From an uncultured Bacillota bacterium (GTDB taxonomy: Bacteria > Bacillota > Clostridia > Christensenellales > UBA1242), in the NCBI GenBank assembly GCA_947053645.1, contig CAMRTM010000001.1:105583-169582 (forward strand): a DNA stretch of 64,000 nucleotides, written 5' to 3'. The translations under genes and the position numbers were made by a program. Shown here piece by piece: positions 19,929 through 29,552 of this stretch. The notes below the pieces were generated by a model. That model did not search any database and had not been told where the DNA came from. It saw only the letters and a program-made list of their open reading frames with translations. Within the stretch, counting starts at the first letter, position 1, and every line of letters starts with the position of its first letter.

Positions 19929-21247
19929 AACATCTCTCCTTTATAATCTCTTCCGTCAAAGTCATATATCTTTACTTTGACTTCATCCCCCACGCGCACC
20001 GGTTTATCTTCCACAAATCTTACTCCAAAATCTACATTTGGTGACTGGAATGGAGTATGAGAGATAAACTCTCCTGTATTTTCATCAAAAGCATCTACAA
20101 GCACGCTAACTTCTTGGTTAATCATTTCCTTTGCTTTTTTAGTATAAATATGATTTTGTAGAAGTGTAATCTTCTTATAGCGATAATTTTTAATGAAATT
20201 TTTAACTTGATTTTTCATGTAATATGCAATCGTGTTTGCTTCTTTACTATAAGGGAAAAAACCTGCATAATCAAATTCTGCTTCCCTTATAAAATTGCAT
20301 AATTTCTTAAATTTACTTTGGTTCTCTCCCGCATAGCCAACAATAAATGTTGAACGGATTTTTATCTCAGGATATTCCTCTTTGATGAGTTTTACAAGGG
20401 CTTTTGTTTCCTCCTCGCCCACACGCCTTCGCATACTTTTTAATATATCATCGTCGATATGCTGAAGCGGTATATCGATATATTTGCACATCTTTTCATT
20501 TTTCATTATGTAATCAAGAAGAGTTCTATCGACTTTTTCAGGATAGAGATAATGCATTCTTATATACTTTATATCCTTAATTTTACTAAGTTTTTCACAT
20601 AGTTCTATAAGTGCATTTTTGCCATACAAATCTTCGCCATACCTTGATGTGTCTTGTGCAACCAAGATAAGTTCTTTTACCCCCATATCTGCAAGCATTT
20701 TTGCTTCGGCAACAAGGTCTTCGATGGGCTGAGAAAGATATCTTCCGCGTATTCTTGGAATGGTACAGAAAGAACAAACATTATTACAACCATCTGCAAT
20801 CTTTAAGTAAGCATAGGAATTTGGACTTGTGAGAAGTCTTTTATTGCTTGGTTTTTGTTTTGATTTTTCTATGCCATAAAGTTCTTCTATTATTCCTATT
20901 ATTTCATCATTTTCTCTGAGCCTTAAAAATCTATCGACCAAAGGAAAGTTCTCGCTAAGTTCGTTTGGGTGACGCTCTGGAAAACATCCGCTAACAATAA
21001 GTTTTTCTATCACGCCCTTCCTCTTTAGCGACTCCATTTCAATTATATTTCCTATTGCCTCTTCCTCGGCAGGCAGAATGAAACTGCATGTGTTAACAAT
21101 TACAATATCCGCTTCTTCTACCTCTGATACTACCTCGATGCCATATTCTCTTACTTTGCCAAGCATTTTTTCTAGGTCTACCTTATTTTTATCACAACCT
21201 AGTGAAATAGCTGACAGTTTTTTTGTCATAAGTTCTTTTTTAGTCAT
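19925..21247 (-). CDS. rimO: Ribosomal protein S12 methylthiotransferase RimO
   Basis: ISLGCDKNKVDLE, VNTCSFI, YLKIADGCNNVCSFCTIPRIRG and a C-terminal TRAM domain. Confidence 0.95.
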   Translation of the reverse strand: MTKKELMTKKLSAISLGCDKNKVDLEKMLGKVREYGIEVVSEVEEADIVIVNTCSFILPAEEEAIGNIIEMESLKRKGVIEKLIVSGCFPERHPNELSENFPLVDRFLRLRENDEIIGIIEELYGIEKSKQKPSNKRLLTSPNSYAYLKIADGCNNVCSFCTIPRIRGRYLSQPIEDLVAEAKMLADMGVKELILVAQDTSRYGEDLYGKNALIELCEKLSKIKDIKYIRMHYLYPEKVDRTLLDYIMKNEKMCKYIDIPLQHIDDDILKSMRRRVGEEETKALVKLIKEEYPEIKIRSTFIVGYAGENQSKFKKLCNFIREAEFDYAGFFPYSKEANTIAYYMKNQVKNFIKNYRYKKITLLQNHIYTKKAKEMINQEVSVLVDAFDENTGEFISHTPFQSPNVDFGVRFVEDKPVRVGDEVKVKIYDFDGRDYKGEML

Positions 21248-23984
21248 AATTATCCCCAAATATATCATAATATTCTTCTATTGTTGTATAAACGCTACGC
21301 TGTTTTGAACCTTCCGCAGAGGAAATATAGCCGCGCTCTTCCATTTGGTCAATAATTCTGGCTGCACGCGGATAACCTATTGAAAGTTTTCGCTGTACCA
21401 TAGTTGTTGAGGCAACTCCTACATCAATACAAATCTTGAGCGCTTGTGGAAGAAGTGGATCCATTCCGCCATCACCTTGTCCATCCCCACCAGTGTTTTT
21501 GTTCATACCATTGATTGCGTTTTGCGCCTCTTCGTCAACTATTTCTTCATTATTTTCAATGATATAATTCACTATATCTTTTGTTTCTGGAGTGTCTATA
21601 AAGCAACCCTGTATACGCGCTGGAGCAGAATCGGTTGGCTTATAAAGCATATCACCATAGCCAAGAAGTTTCTCAGCACCAGTGGCACCCATGATTACTT
21701 CACTATCTACTCTACCCGCAACCTTGAAAGCAATACGGGCTGGGAAGTTGGCTTTAATTGTACCCGTAACAACATCAGTAGATGGACGCTGTGTTGCTAG
21801 AATAAGGTGTATACCCGCAGCACGAGCCTTTTGTGCAAGTCTACGGATTTTATCTTCAATTTCATTCTTTGCAACAAGCATGAAATCTGCAAATTCGTCA
21901 AATATGATTACAAGATATGGCATTTTCTTCTTTTTGCCACTTGCAACATCATCAATACGATTGTATTCATCTATATTTCTTACCCTTGCTTCACTTATTA
22001 AATTGAATCTCCTTTCCATTTCATCTACCGCCCATTGTAGTGCGTTTACCGTCTTTACTGGGTCAGTGATGACCTTTGGAATAACCATGTGTGGAAGCCC
22101 TTCATACATCGAAAGTTCCACCTGTTTAGGGTCAATCATGATAAACTTGACATCCTCTGGTGACGCCTTATAAAGTATACTTACGATAATTGAGTTTAAG
22201 CACACACTCTTACCAGAACCGGTGGTACCTGCAACCAGTAGGTGTGGCATTTTTTGAAGATTACATACCCTAACTGCACCTGTGATATCTTTTCCCAAAG
22301 TGAAAGCAAGTGGAGATGGACTCATTGTAAACTCTTTAGATTGAAGCACATCCTTAATACTTACTTTTGCCACCTTATTATTTGGCACCTCTATACCTAC
22401 AATACTGCGACCTGGAATTGGTGCTTCAATTCTTATCTCTCCTTTTGCTGAAAGTGCATAGGCTATATCTGCGTCAAGTGAAAGTATCTTTTTAACACTT
22501 ATTCCCTCCGGCATGGCAATTTCATAGCGTGTCACCGTTGGCCCAATTACAACGCTTTGTACTTTTGCAGGCACGCCAAATTTTTCGAGTGCATTTTCAA
22601 GTGCCACCCGCTTGAGTGGGACTTCTTCGTTTAACATCCCTAGGTCATCAGACTGAGTCTTAATTAAGTCTATAGATGGTTTATTGTATTTATATGGCTT
22701 ATTCTTTGGTTCTTCATCATCAAGTGGCACAAAGCGTCTTGCACGGCTCTCTTCCCCTCTTGTCAAAATCTCACGCGTATTTTCTTCACGGTTAAAGCCT
22801 CTATCACGAGTGAAATTGTCACGGGTAAGATTTTCACGAGAAAGACTTTCTCTATTAAAACTATCGCGAGAAAGATTTTCTCTATTTAGATTTTCATTTA
22901 TAATTGGTCTAGACTCCTGTGGCGGAATTTCCATTTGTGAAAACTCTTGTATTGCCACAGATTTAATTATATCATCCGCTTCATTTACTAGTTCCTCTGG
23001 TTTCACATCTGGAAGATTTCCACGCTTTTGTGGCTCAGTAAAACTACCATACTCCTCTTCAAAGACATACTGAGATGGTTTTATTTGTTCGGTTTTCAGT
23101 TCTTCTATGGTAGACTGTACCTCTTTCCTATTAACATTTTGCACAGGATGAGAACGATTCCTTGACATAAATGAATCTATATCTACCTTTGGTGGAGTAA
23201 GCAAATATTCTTTTAGCGTCATATTTGAAGGTACCTTTTCATCCTTCTCTTCTTGTGCCTTGAATTCGCGTTTTGGTGGAGTACCAGCAAGAAGTCCTAG
23301 TTTTTGTTTTGCAATCTGCTCTCTTGAAAGTTCCTCTTGTATGCGTCCATTTAGGACAACATTTACCTCTTCCATAGGTTTTTTAACAACCGCTTCCTTT
23401 GTTTGTTTTTCTCGTCTTTCCTTTATTTGAATCTTTACTGGTGATGTGCCTTTAGTGCTTTTTCTGGCACTGAGAAGTTGTTCAATGAAAAAGGCTAGGC
23501 AAACAACAAATGCCACACAAAGAATGATATATGTAGCAGGCAGGCGTAGCCAAACAACTAGCGGTGTTGTGAATAACCCTAGTATGATTCCGCCTGTGGA
23601 AAACTGTTTTGTATAGGAAAGTACCAAATACTCTCCAAAAGACATCATTGTTCCATCTTCTTTGACACTATCGCCTACTATTGCCACTTGAATGATTGAA
23701 AGAAGAAATATTATGGAAAGTGACAAAAAGATAGCATAGCGCTTACTCATCACATAGCGTTTGTTATTTAGGAGTGCTATGCCTATTAGCATCATAAGAA
23801 TACACATTGGGTAGATAAACAGCCCAAATGTCCCTCTAAGAAAATATTGGAATGCTGGCCAAAGGCCTGTAACAGAAAACAAGAAAAATACCGATGCTAC
23901 AGCAAGCAAAACAAAGCCTACTATCTTTCTGACATTTTTTATACTTTTTTTCTCATTTTTCTTTGAAACTTGAAATATAGCCAT
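21240..23984 (-). CDS. ftsK: DNA translocase FtsK/SpoIIIE
   Basis: N-terminal TMs, PHLLVAGTTGSGKS, IIFDEFAD, ATQRPS and gamma domain QRKLSIGYPRAARIID. Confidence 0.96.
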   Translation of the reverse strand: MAIFQVSKKNEKKSIKNVRKIVGFVLLAVASVFFLFSVTGLWPAFQYFLRGTFGLFIYPMCILMMLIGIALLNNKRYVMSKRYAIFLSLSIIFLLSIIQVAIVGDSVKEDGTMMSFGEYLVLSYTKQFSTGGIILGLFTTPLVVWLRLPATYIILCVAFVVCLAFFIEQLLSARKSTKGTSPVKIQIKERREKQTKEAVVKKPMEEVNVVLNGRIQEELSREQIAKQKLGLLAGTPPKREFKAQEEKDEKVPSNMTLKEYLLTPPKVDIDSFMSRNRSHPVQNVNRKEVQSTIEELKTEQIKPSQYVFEEEYGSFTEPQKRGNLPDVKPEELVNEADDIIKSVAIQEFSQMEIPPQESRPIINENLNRENLSRDSFNRESLSRENLTRDNFTRDRGFNREENTREILTRGEESRARRFVPLDDEEPKNKPYKYNKPSIDLIKTQSDDLGMLNEEVPLKRVALENALEKFGVPAKVQSVVIGPTVTRYEIAMPEGISVKKILSLDADIAYALSAKGEIRIEAPIPGRSIVGIEVPNNKVAKVSIKDVLQSKEFTMSPSPLAFTLGKDITGAVRVCNLQKMPHLLVAGTTGSGKSVCLNSIIVSILYKASPEDVKFIMIDPKQVELSMYEGLPHMVIPKVITDPVKTVNALQWAVDEMERRFNLISEARVRNIDEYNRIDDVASGKKKKMPYLVIIFDEFADFMLVAKNEIEDKIRRLAQKARAAGIHLILATQRPSTDVVTGTIKANFPARIAFKVAGRVDSEVIMGATGAEKLLGYGDMLYKPTDSAPARIQGCFIDTPETKDIVNYIIENNEEIVDEEAQNAINGMNKNTGGDGQGDGGMDPLLPQALKICIDVGVASTTMVQRKLSIGYPRAARIIDQMEERGYISSAEGSKQRSVYTTIEEYYDIFGDNYD

Positions 23985-24070
23985 TTTTGTCCCCTAATTT
24001 CCTTTTAAGTATATCATAAATAAAAAATATCACAAACAAACTTGCGATATTTTTTGACGAATATTGCTTT

Positions 24071-24802
24071 TTAACTGCTCTGTCCACTTATATTTGTGGA
24101 TACTGGAACTAGGTTAAATCCATTTTGTTGGAAATAGTCTATAATTTGCGGCAATGCCTCGGCGGTTTCCTTGGTTGGATGCATAAGAATTAAATCGCCA
24201 CCCTTAGCATTTTTAATCGCCCTTTTATATATGAGATTAGCATCATGGTCACGCCAATCAATTGTATCACGCGTCCACATTATTGTTTTATAGCCTAAAC
24301 TTTCTGCCACTGATACTGTTACCTTGTTATATGCCCCACTTGGCGGTGCAAAAAGGGTCATTTCATCGCCGGTCAGCCCTTTGACAATTTTATGGGTAGA
24401 GGAAATTTCATTTAAATTATCTTGCTCACTTAACGCATTATGGTCTTTATGATGATAACCATGGTTTGCAAGTTCATGCCCCTCTTCCTTAATCTTTTTG
24501 AGCATATCTTCCTGCATTACCGCCCATGTGCCACCTATAAAGAATGTTGTTTTTACATTTTTATCCTTTAAAGTCGTGAGCATATCATCCATATACTCTG
24601 TTCCCCAGTATACATTAATCATAAGGGAAATATTTTTTGAAGTTGTATCTCCATTATAATATACACCGCTTACAGTACTTACTGGCACATTCAAACTGCT
24701 ACCAATAATAGACGCAACCGCCACTAATGCGATAATCCCCGCTATTGCAAAATTTACAAACACTTTTCTGAACTTGAAAACTTTAAAATGTATTTTTTTC
24801 AT
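24071..24802 (-). CDS. Polysaccharide deacetylase (PdaB/YlxY-type, sporulation)
   Basis: NodB motifs HELANHGYHH, LFAPPSGAY, MWTRDTIDW and LILMHP. Motif 1 reads MINVYW rather than TFDD. Confidence 0.85.
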   Translation of the reverse strand: MKKIHFKVFKFRKVFVNFAIAGIIALVAVASIIGSSLNVPVSTVSGVYYNGDTTSKNISLMINVYWGTEYMDDMLTTLKDKNVKTTFFIGGTWAVMQEDMLKKIKEEGHELANHGYHHKDHNALSEQDNLNEISSTHKIVKGLTGDEMTLFAPPSGAYNKVTVSVAESLGYKTIMWTRDTIDWRDHDANLIYKRAIKNAKGGDLILMHPTKETAEALPQIIDYFQQNGFNLVPVSTNISGQSS

Positions 24803-24808
24803 GTTTTA

Positions 24809-24837
24809 TCTTTATGCGTGACTTAGGTATTTAATGA
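24809..24837 (-). promoter_or_regulatory. sigmaE-like promoter of the deacetylase gene
   Basis: Minus strand TCATTAA-N14-CATAAAGA; ATG follows 6 nt later with no SD. Confidence 0.5.
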
Positions 24838-24906
24838 CTAAGTTTACGGAAAATCGTAAGACTTTTAGCTTTTTACTTGATAAAATTGATGAAAAGGAGG
24901 TGGAAA

Positions 24907-25236
24907 ATGTATAGATACAAGGGTGAAAACTCCGCTTTTGTTAAGAGATTGAAACTGCTTATGGATGAGAACAACACTAGCATGGAAGAACTTTCTGTAA
25001 TTACTGGGATGAGTATACTTGAATGCGACAAAATGCTGAGAGGTAAGGATGTCGCTTTTGATGTTTTTATTAATCTTGTTTTACATTATAATGTGGCTTG
25101 TGATTATATTCTTGGACTTAGTGATGACAGAGAGAGAAAAAACGCTATCGCTAGATTTCTCCGCTTTGCGACCAAAGGTCGCGTCGGTCGAAATGACAAA
25201 ATAGGAGAACAGATTTCTCCGCTACGGTCGAAATGA
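24907..25236 (+). CDS. XRE-like HTH protein, copy 1; the C-terminus reads into REP DNA
   Basis: AGGAGG RBS then ATG 24907; ends in a ...HYNVACDYILGLS motif. Near-identical to 43708-43953. Confidence 0.7.
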   Translation: MYRYKGENSAFVKRLKLLMDENNTSMEELSVITGMSILECDKMLRGKDVAFDVFINLVLHYNVACDYILGLSDDRERKNAIARFLRFATKGRVGRNDKIGEQISPLRSK

Positions 25237-25349
25237 CAGTGGCTTAGCCACTTTTTTGTTTGAAATGGATTTCTCGCATGGCTAGAAATGACAATAATTA
25301 TTAAAAAGATTTCTCCGCTACGGGCTATCGCCCTTCGGTCGAAATGACA
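25153..25349 (+). repeat. REP-like cluster (4 units)
   Basis: Four AGATTTCTC...GAAATGAC units in tandem, same orientation. Confidence 0.88.
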
Positions 25350-25382
25350 ATAATGAAAAAAAAGAGGTTAAACCTCTTCTTT

Positions 25383-27482
25383 TTATTCCTCTGATTTAGG
25401 AAGTTTGCGTTTAAGGTCAATACGGCCTTTTTCGTCTATCTTTATTACCTCTACTTCGACTTGGTCGCCAATTTTAACTACATCTTCAACCTTGTCGACG
25501 CGCTTATTTGAAAGTTTAGAAATGTGTATCATTCCCTCTCTTCCACCGCCGATATCTACAAATGCACCAAACTGCATAATTCTTACAACGGTGCCATCGT
25601 ATACATCGCCGACTTCTGGTACTTCAACAATGCCAAGGATAATTTTCTTCGCTTTCTCTGCCATCTCAGTATTTTCAGACGCTATGAACACTTTACCATC
25701 ATCTTCAATATCTATCTTAACGCCGGTTTCATCAATAATCTTATTGATTGTCTTTCCACCAGAGCCGATTACATCCTTAATAAAGTCTGGATTGATTGTG
25801 AATGTGATAATCTTTGGAGCATATTTTGAAAGTTCTTTTCTTGGCGAAGGAATTGTGTCAAGAAGTTTTTGCATAATGAACATTCTACCCTCTTTTGCTT
25901 GGTTGAGCGCTGTTGTAAGGATTTGTTTATCAATACCCTTGATTTTGATGTCCATTTGAATTGCTGTAACACCCTTTTCAGTACCTGTTACTTTAAAGTC
26001 CATATCGCCAAGGAAGTCTTCAAGACCTTGAATATCAGACAGCACTGCTACCTTTCCGCTTTCCTCGTCCTTAATAAGTCCCATTGCAATTCCTGCTACT
26101 GGGCGTTTGATTGGAACACCACCGTCCATAAGTGCAAGAGTAGACCCACAAACAGACGCCATTGATGACGAACCGTTTGAAGAAAGCACCTCACTTACAA
26201 GACGAAGAGCGTATGGGAACTCTTCTTCAGATGGTATTACTGGTTCAAGTGCGCGTTCTGCAAGTGCACCATGTCCGATTTCGCGTCTACCCGGTGATTT
26301 TAAGTTTCTTGCCTCGCCTGTTGCATAAGGTGGCATATTATAATGGTGAACATAACGATTTACTTCTTCGTCGTCAAGCCCTTCAAGTTTTTGCATATCT
26401 CCTACTGTACCAAGAGTGAGTGAAGTAAGCACTTGTGTTTGTCCGCGTGTAAAGATACCTGTACCGTGTACGCGTGGAAGCACTCCTGTTTCACACCAAA
26501 TTGGACGAATTTCGGTAAGACTTCTGCCGTCTGGGCGGACTCCTTTATTGATTATTTTTGCCCTTACCTTCTCTTTTGTCATTTTGTAGAGAACATCTCC
26601 AATCTGTCTTTCAGAATCTGGGAAGATTTCAGCAAAATGTTCTTTTGTTTCTTTATCAACCTCATCTTGACGAAGAGAACGCTCTGCTCGATCAAATGTG
26701 TCAAGAGCATGGTCGAGTTTCTTATCAGCAAACTCTCTTACTGCTTTATTAATTTCTTCTGGTATTACATAGTATTCTATTTTATCATTTAATGGCTTTC
26801 CGATTTCTGCTTTAACCTTTTTGAAGAATTTTACTATCTTTTTGATTTCTTCATGAGCGAAAAGTATTCCATCTCTTAAGGTTTCTTCCGGCACTTCATT
26901 TGCACCACCTTCAATCATAAGCACGGCCTCATCTGTACCACTGACTACCATATGCATTTGACTTTGCTCGCGTTGCGCTCCATCTGGATTGAGTACAAAT
27001 TTGCCGTCAATAAGTCCTACAACAACCGATCCTGTTGGGCCTTGGAAAGGAATGTCAGATATTGAAAGAGCAAAACTTGAACCAAGCATTGCAAGTGGTT
27101 CTGGCTCGATATCTGGGTCTACTGAAAGCGCTGTTGCAACTACGCAAACATCATTGAAAAATCCTTTTGGGAAAAGTGGGCGTAGTGGACGGTCAATCAG
27201 ACGGCTTGTCAAAATCGCCTTATCACTTGGCCTACCCTCACGCTTTTTAAAGCCCCCTGGGATTTTACCTACTGAATACATTTTTTCTTCAAAGTCTACT
27301 GCAAGTGGGAAAAAGTCAATGCCCGGGCGTGGCTGCGCTGCCATTGTTACATTTACCATAACAACACTTTCTCCACATCTTACAAGGCAAGAGCCGTTTG
27401 CTTGCTCACAAAGTTTACCTGTTTCAAAGGTAACCTTTCTTCCACCGATTTCTATTTCATAAATTTTTGCGTCTTCTTTCAT
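25383..27482 (-). CDS. pnp: Polyribonucleotide nucleotidyltransferase
   Basis: [46 protein letters not shown], then KH and S1 domains. Confidence 0.99.
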   Translation of the reverse strand: MKEDAKIYEIEIGGRKVTFETGKLCEQANGSCLVRCGESVVMVNVTMAAQPRPGIDFFPLAVDFEEKMYSVGKIPGGFKKREGRPSDKAILTSRLIDRPLRPLFPKGFFNDVCVVATALSVDPDIEPEPLAMLGSSFALSISDIPFQGPTGSVVVGLIDGKFVLNPDGAQREQSQMHMVVSGTDEAVLMIEGGANEVPEETLRDGILFAHEEIKKIVKFFKKVKAEIGKPLNDKIEYYVIPEEINKAVREFADKKLDHALDTFDRAERSLRQDEVDKETKEHFAEIFPDSERQIGDVLYKMTKEKVRAKIINKGVRPDGRSLTEIRPIWCETGVLPRVHGTGIFTRGQTQVLTSLTLGTVGDMQKLEGLDDEEVNRYVHHYNMPPYATGEARNLKSPGRREIGHGALAERALEPVIPSEEEFPYALRLVSEVLSSNGSSSMASVCGSTLALMDGGVPIKRPVAGIAMGLIKDEESGKVAVLSDIQGLEDFLGDMDFKVTGTEKGVTAIQMDIKIKGIDKQILTTALNQAKEGRMFIMQKLLDTIPSPRKELSKYAPKIITFTINPDFIKDVIGSGGKTINKIIDETGVKIDIEDDGKVFIASENTEMAEKAKKIILGIVEVPEVGDVYDGTVVRIMQFGAFVDIGGGREGMIHISKLSNKRVDKVEDVVKIGDQVEVEVIKIDEKGRIDLKRKLPKSEE

Positions 27483-27502
27483 AATACTCCCTTTTATTTT
27501 TT

Positions 27503-27670
27503 AGATTTCTCCGCTCCACTGCGTTTCGGTCGAAATGACAAGAGTGAAGAGATTTCTCCGCTTCGCTAGATCCTTCGACTACGCTCAGGATGACAGTGAG
27601 TTAAAACAGATTTTTTAAATTTCTCCACTCCACTGCGTTTCGATCGAAATGACAGTGTCTTAGGCACTTT
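27503..27670 (+). repeat. REP-like cluster (3 units plus terminator-like hairpin)
   Basis: AGATTTCTCCGCTCCACTGCGTTTCGGTCGAAATGACA, AGATCCTTCGACTACGCTCAGGATGAC and a third unit followed by AGTGTCTTAGGCACT. Confidence 0.88.
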
Positions 27671-27747
27671 TTTGCCATTTTCAAAGTAGCAAGTAAATTA
27701 ATAAAAAATTGGGAATGAAAAATACATCATCCCCCTCTTTTTATTAT

Positions 27748-28023
27748 TTACTTAACTGTGTCACGAATGCCAAGTTCTTTAATGATTGTTCTATACGCTT
27801 CAATATCTCTTTCCTTAAGGTAAAGTAAGAAGCCTTTTCTTTTACCTACCATTTGAAGAAGTCCGCGTCTTGAATGTTTATCTTTTGGATTTTTATTCAA
27901 GTGTTGTTCATTCAAATGATTGATTCTCTCTGTTAAGAGTGCAATTTGAACTTGGGCTGAACCTGTATCATTTTCGCTAGTTTGGAACTTCGCAATGATT
28001 TCTTGTTTTCTAGCCTTATCCAT
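27748..28023 (-). CDS. rpsO: 30S ribosomal protein S15
   Basis: [19 protein letters not shown]...[17 protein letters not shown]; GGAGG RBS before ATG 28023. Confidence 0.98.
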   Translation of the reverse strand: MDKARKQEIIAKFQTSENDTGSAQVQIALLTERINHLNEQHLNKNPKDKHSRRGLLQMVGKRKGFLLYLKERDIEAYRTIIKELGIRDTVK

Positions 28024-28039
28024 TTCTTTTCCTCCCATT

Positions 28040-28110
28040 TATTTTTAACTCCACATGACTGAGCCTAGCGTCAAGAGGTGTCGCTTAGGCTTTGCCAAAG
28101 GTTTATCGAC
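28040..28110 (-). promoter_or_regulatory. rpsO 5' leader, putative S15-binding autoregulatory RNA
   Basis: Minus strand AAACCTTTGGCAAAGCCTAAGCGACACCTCTTGACGCTAGGC forms a GCCTA/TAGGC + GCG/CGC hairpin between promoter and RBS; it resembles Firmicutes S15 leaders. Confidence 0.65.
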
Positions 28111-28116
28111 TCTCGT

Positions 28117-28146
28117 ATTATACCATACTTAAATGAGGATTGTAAA
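28117..28146 (-). promoter_or_regulatory. sigmaA promoter of rpsO
   Basis: TTTACA-N18-TATAAT with an extended -10 TG. Confidence 0.65.
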
Positions 28147-28160
28147 GTATTTTTCCCATT

Positions 28161-29552
28161 TTAACTGAAAAATTTCTTTTTTCGCTCTATCATTTCGTCA
28201 ATTCTGGCTATATAATCTTCAATAAACTTCACATTATCCTGTCGCTCTATCCGTTTTTCATTATTAAAGACTCGTTTACTCATTGCCCCTGCACCAACTG
28301 CAATTATAGAATTTGTTTCTTCCATACTGTCAATATTGAAAATACAAACATTATCATCACGGAAGTAACCGACATTTTCAAGCCCTCCGAGTTGATTTTT
28401 TTGACGGTACATATAGTAAGGCTTATAGCCATTATCGAAAAGCAATTTTTGTGCAAATGACACCATTTTATCCACCTCTTTATCGCACAATTGACTTGTA
28501 TCTTCTTTAAGAAGTGCGCCATTCTTAACTGAAAGTGTATGCACAGTGATATTTTCTGGAGAAAGGTCTATGAGTGTTTGCATTGTCCTTTTGAAGATTC
28601 CTAGTTTTTCTTTTGGAAGACCTGCAATAACATCCATATTCACTTTAAGTCCGCGTTCAAGTGCCATTGAATACCCTTCAAGAACCTCACTATTTTTATG
28701 TTTTCTTCCTATGCGTTTAAGCGTTGCTTCACAGAATGTTTGTGGATTTACCGATATTCTTGTGACATTATGTGCTTTCAGTACATCTAATTTTTCGGCA
28801 GTGATTGTGTCTGGGCGACCGCACTCAACAGTGAACTCGCTGACTGGAAAAGTTAGGCTGTCAAGAAGTCTATTTAATTGCTCTGCCGTCAGCACTGAAG
28901 GTGTACCGCCGCCTATATAAATTGTCCTTATTATATACGCTTTATTTGAAACTATTTTCTTTATCGCCTCTATCTCTTTGAGCAGGCAGTCTATATAAAT
29001 CTCTACCCTATCTTTTACGCGTGACAATTCGTTTGATATGAATGAACAGTACAAACATCTTGTTGGACATATGGGAATATTAACATACAAATCTACAAGA
29101 TTATCATTGCGTATTATACATTTCTGATTCTTAAGTGTCATGGCTGTAAGGCGTGCTTTATCTCTACTTACCATATAGGTCTTTTCAAGCACATCTGCTA
29201 CCATGAAATCTTTAATCTCTCCTCTCTCTATCATATCACGAGCAAACTTTGTTGGCCGTACACCCGTTAAACTTCCCCATGGAAGAGTTTTCTTAGTAAC
29301 GGTGCTTAATAAATCGTAAAGAGCTATCTTGACCTGCTTTTTCCTTAAACTTTTTTTAGCAAGCGCCGTTAATCCTTCTTCATAATCATAAGCGCTTTCA
29401 TAATACTGCCCATTACCTAATTTAAATTTATTTATTATTCTTCCATCAAGATCTACTTCTTCATGAGTGATAGACATATCAGAAATGCCAAACAAATTAC
29501 AAAGGTCTTGAAGGTCTGTTAATAATTCCTCCTTATTTGTTATTACATCCAT
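28161..29552 (-). CDS. hemZ: Radical SAM protein HemZ
   Basis: PWGSLTGVRPTK, YVNIPICPTRCLYCSF and YYMYRQKN. Confidence 0.92.
   Translation of the reverse strand: MDVITNKEELLTDLQDLCNLFGISDMSITHEEVDLDGRIINKFKLGNGQYYESAYDYEEGLTALAKKSLRKKQVKIALYDLLSTVTKKTLPWGSLTGVRPTKFARDMIERGEIKDFMVADVLEKTYMVSRDKARLTAMTLKNQKCIIRNDNLVDLYVNIPICPTRCLYCSFISNELSRVKDRVEIYIDCLLKEIEAIKKIVSNKAYIIRTIYIGGGTPSVLTAEQLNRLLDSLTFPVSEFTVECGRPDTITAEKLDVLKAHNVTRISVNPQTFCEATLKRIGRKHKNSEVLEGYSMALERGLKVNMDVIAGLPKEKLGIFKRTMQTLIDLSPENITVHTLSVKNGALLKEDTSQLCDKEVDKMVSFAQKLLFDNGYKPYYMYRQKNQLGGLENVGYFRDDNVCIFNIDSMEETNSIIAVGAGAMSKRVFNNEKRIERQDNVKFIEDYIARIDEMIERKKKFFS

Noticed and set aside
24907-25349. Integron cassette with attC site
   Set aside because: The palindromes lack RYYYAAC/GTTRRRY boxes and no integron integrase is present; they fit GTCAT-tagged REPs.
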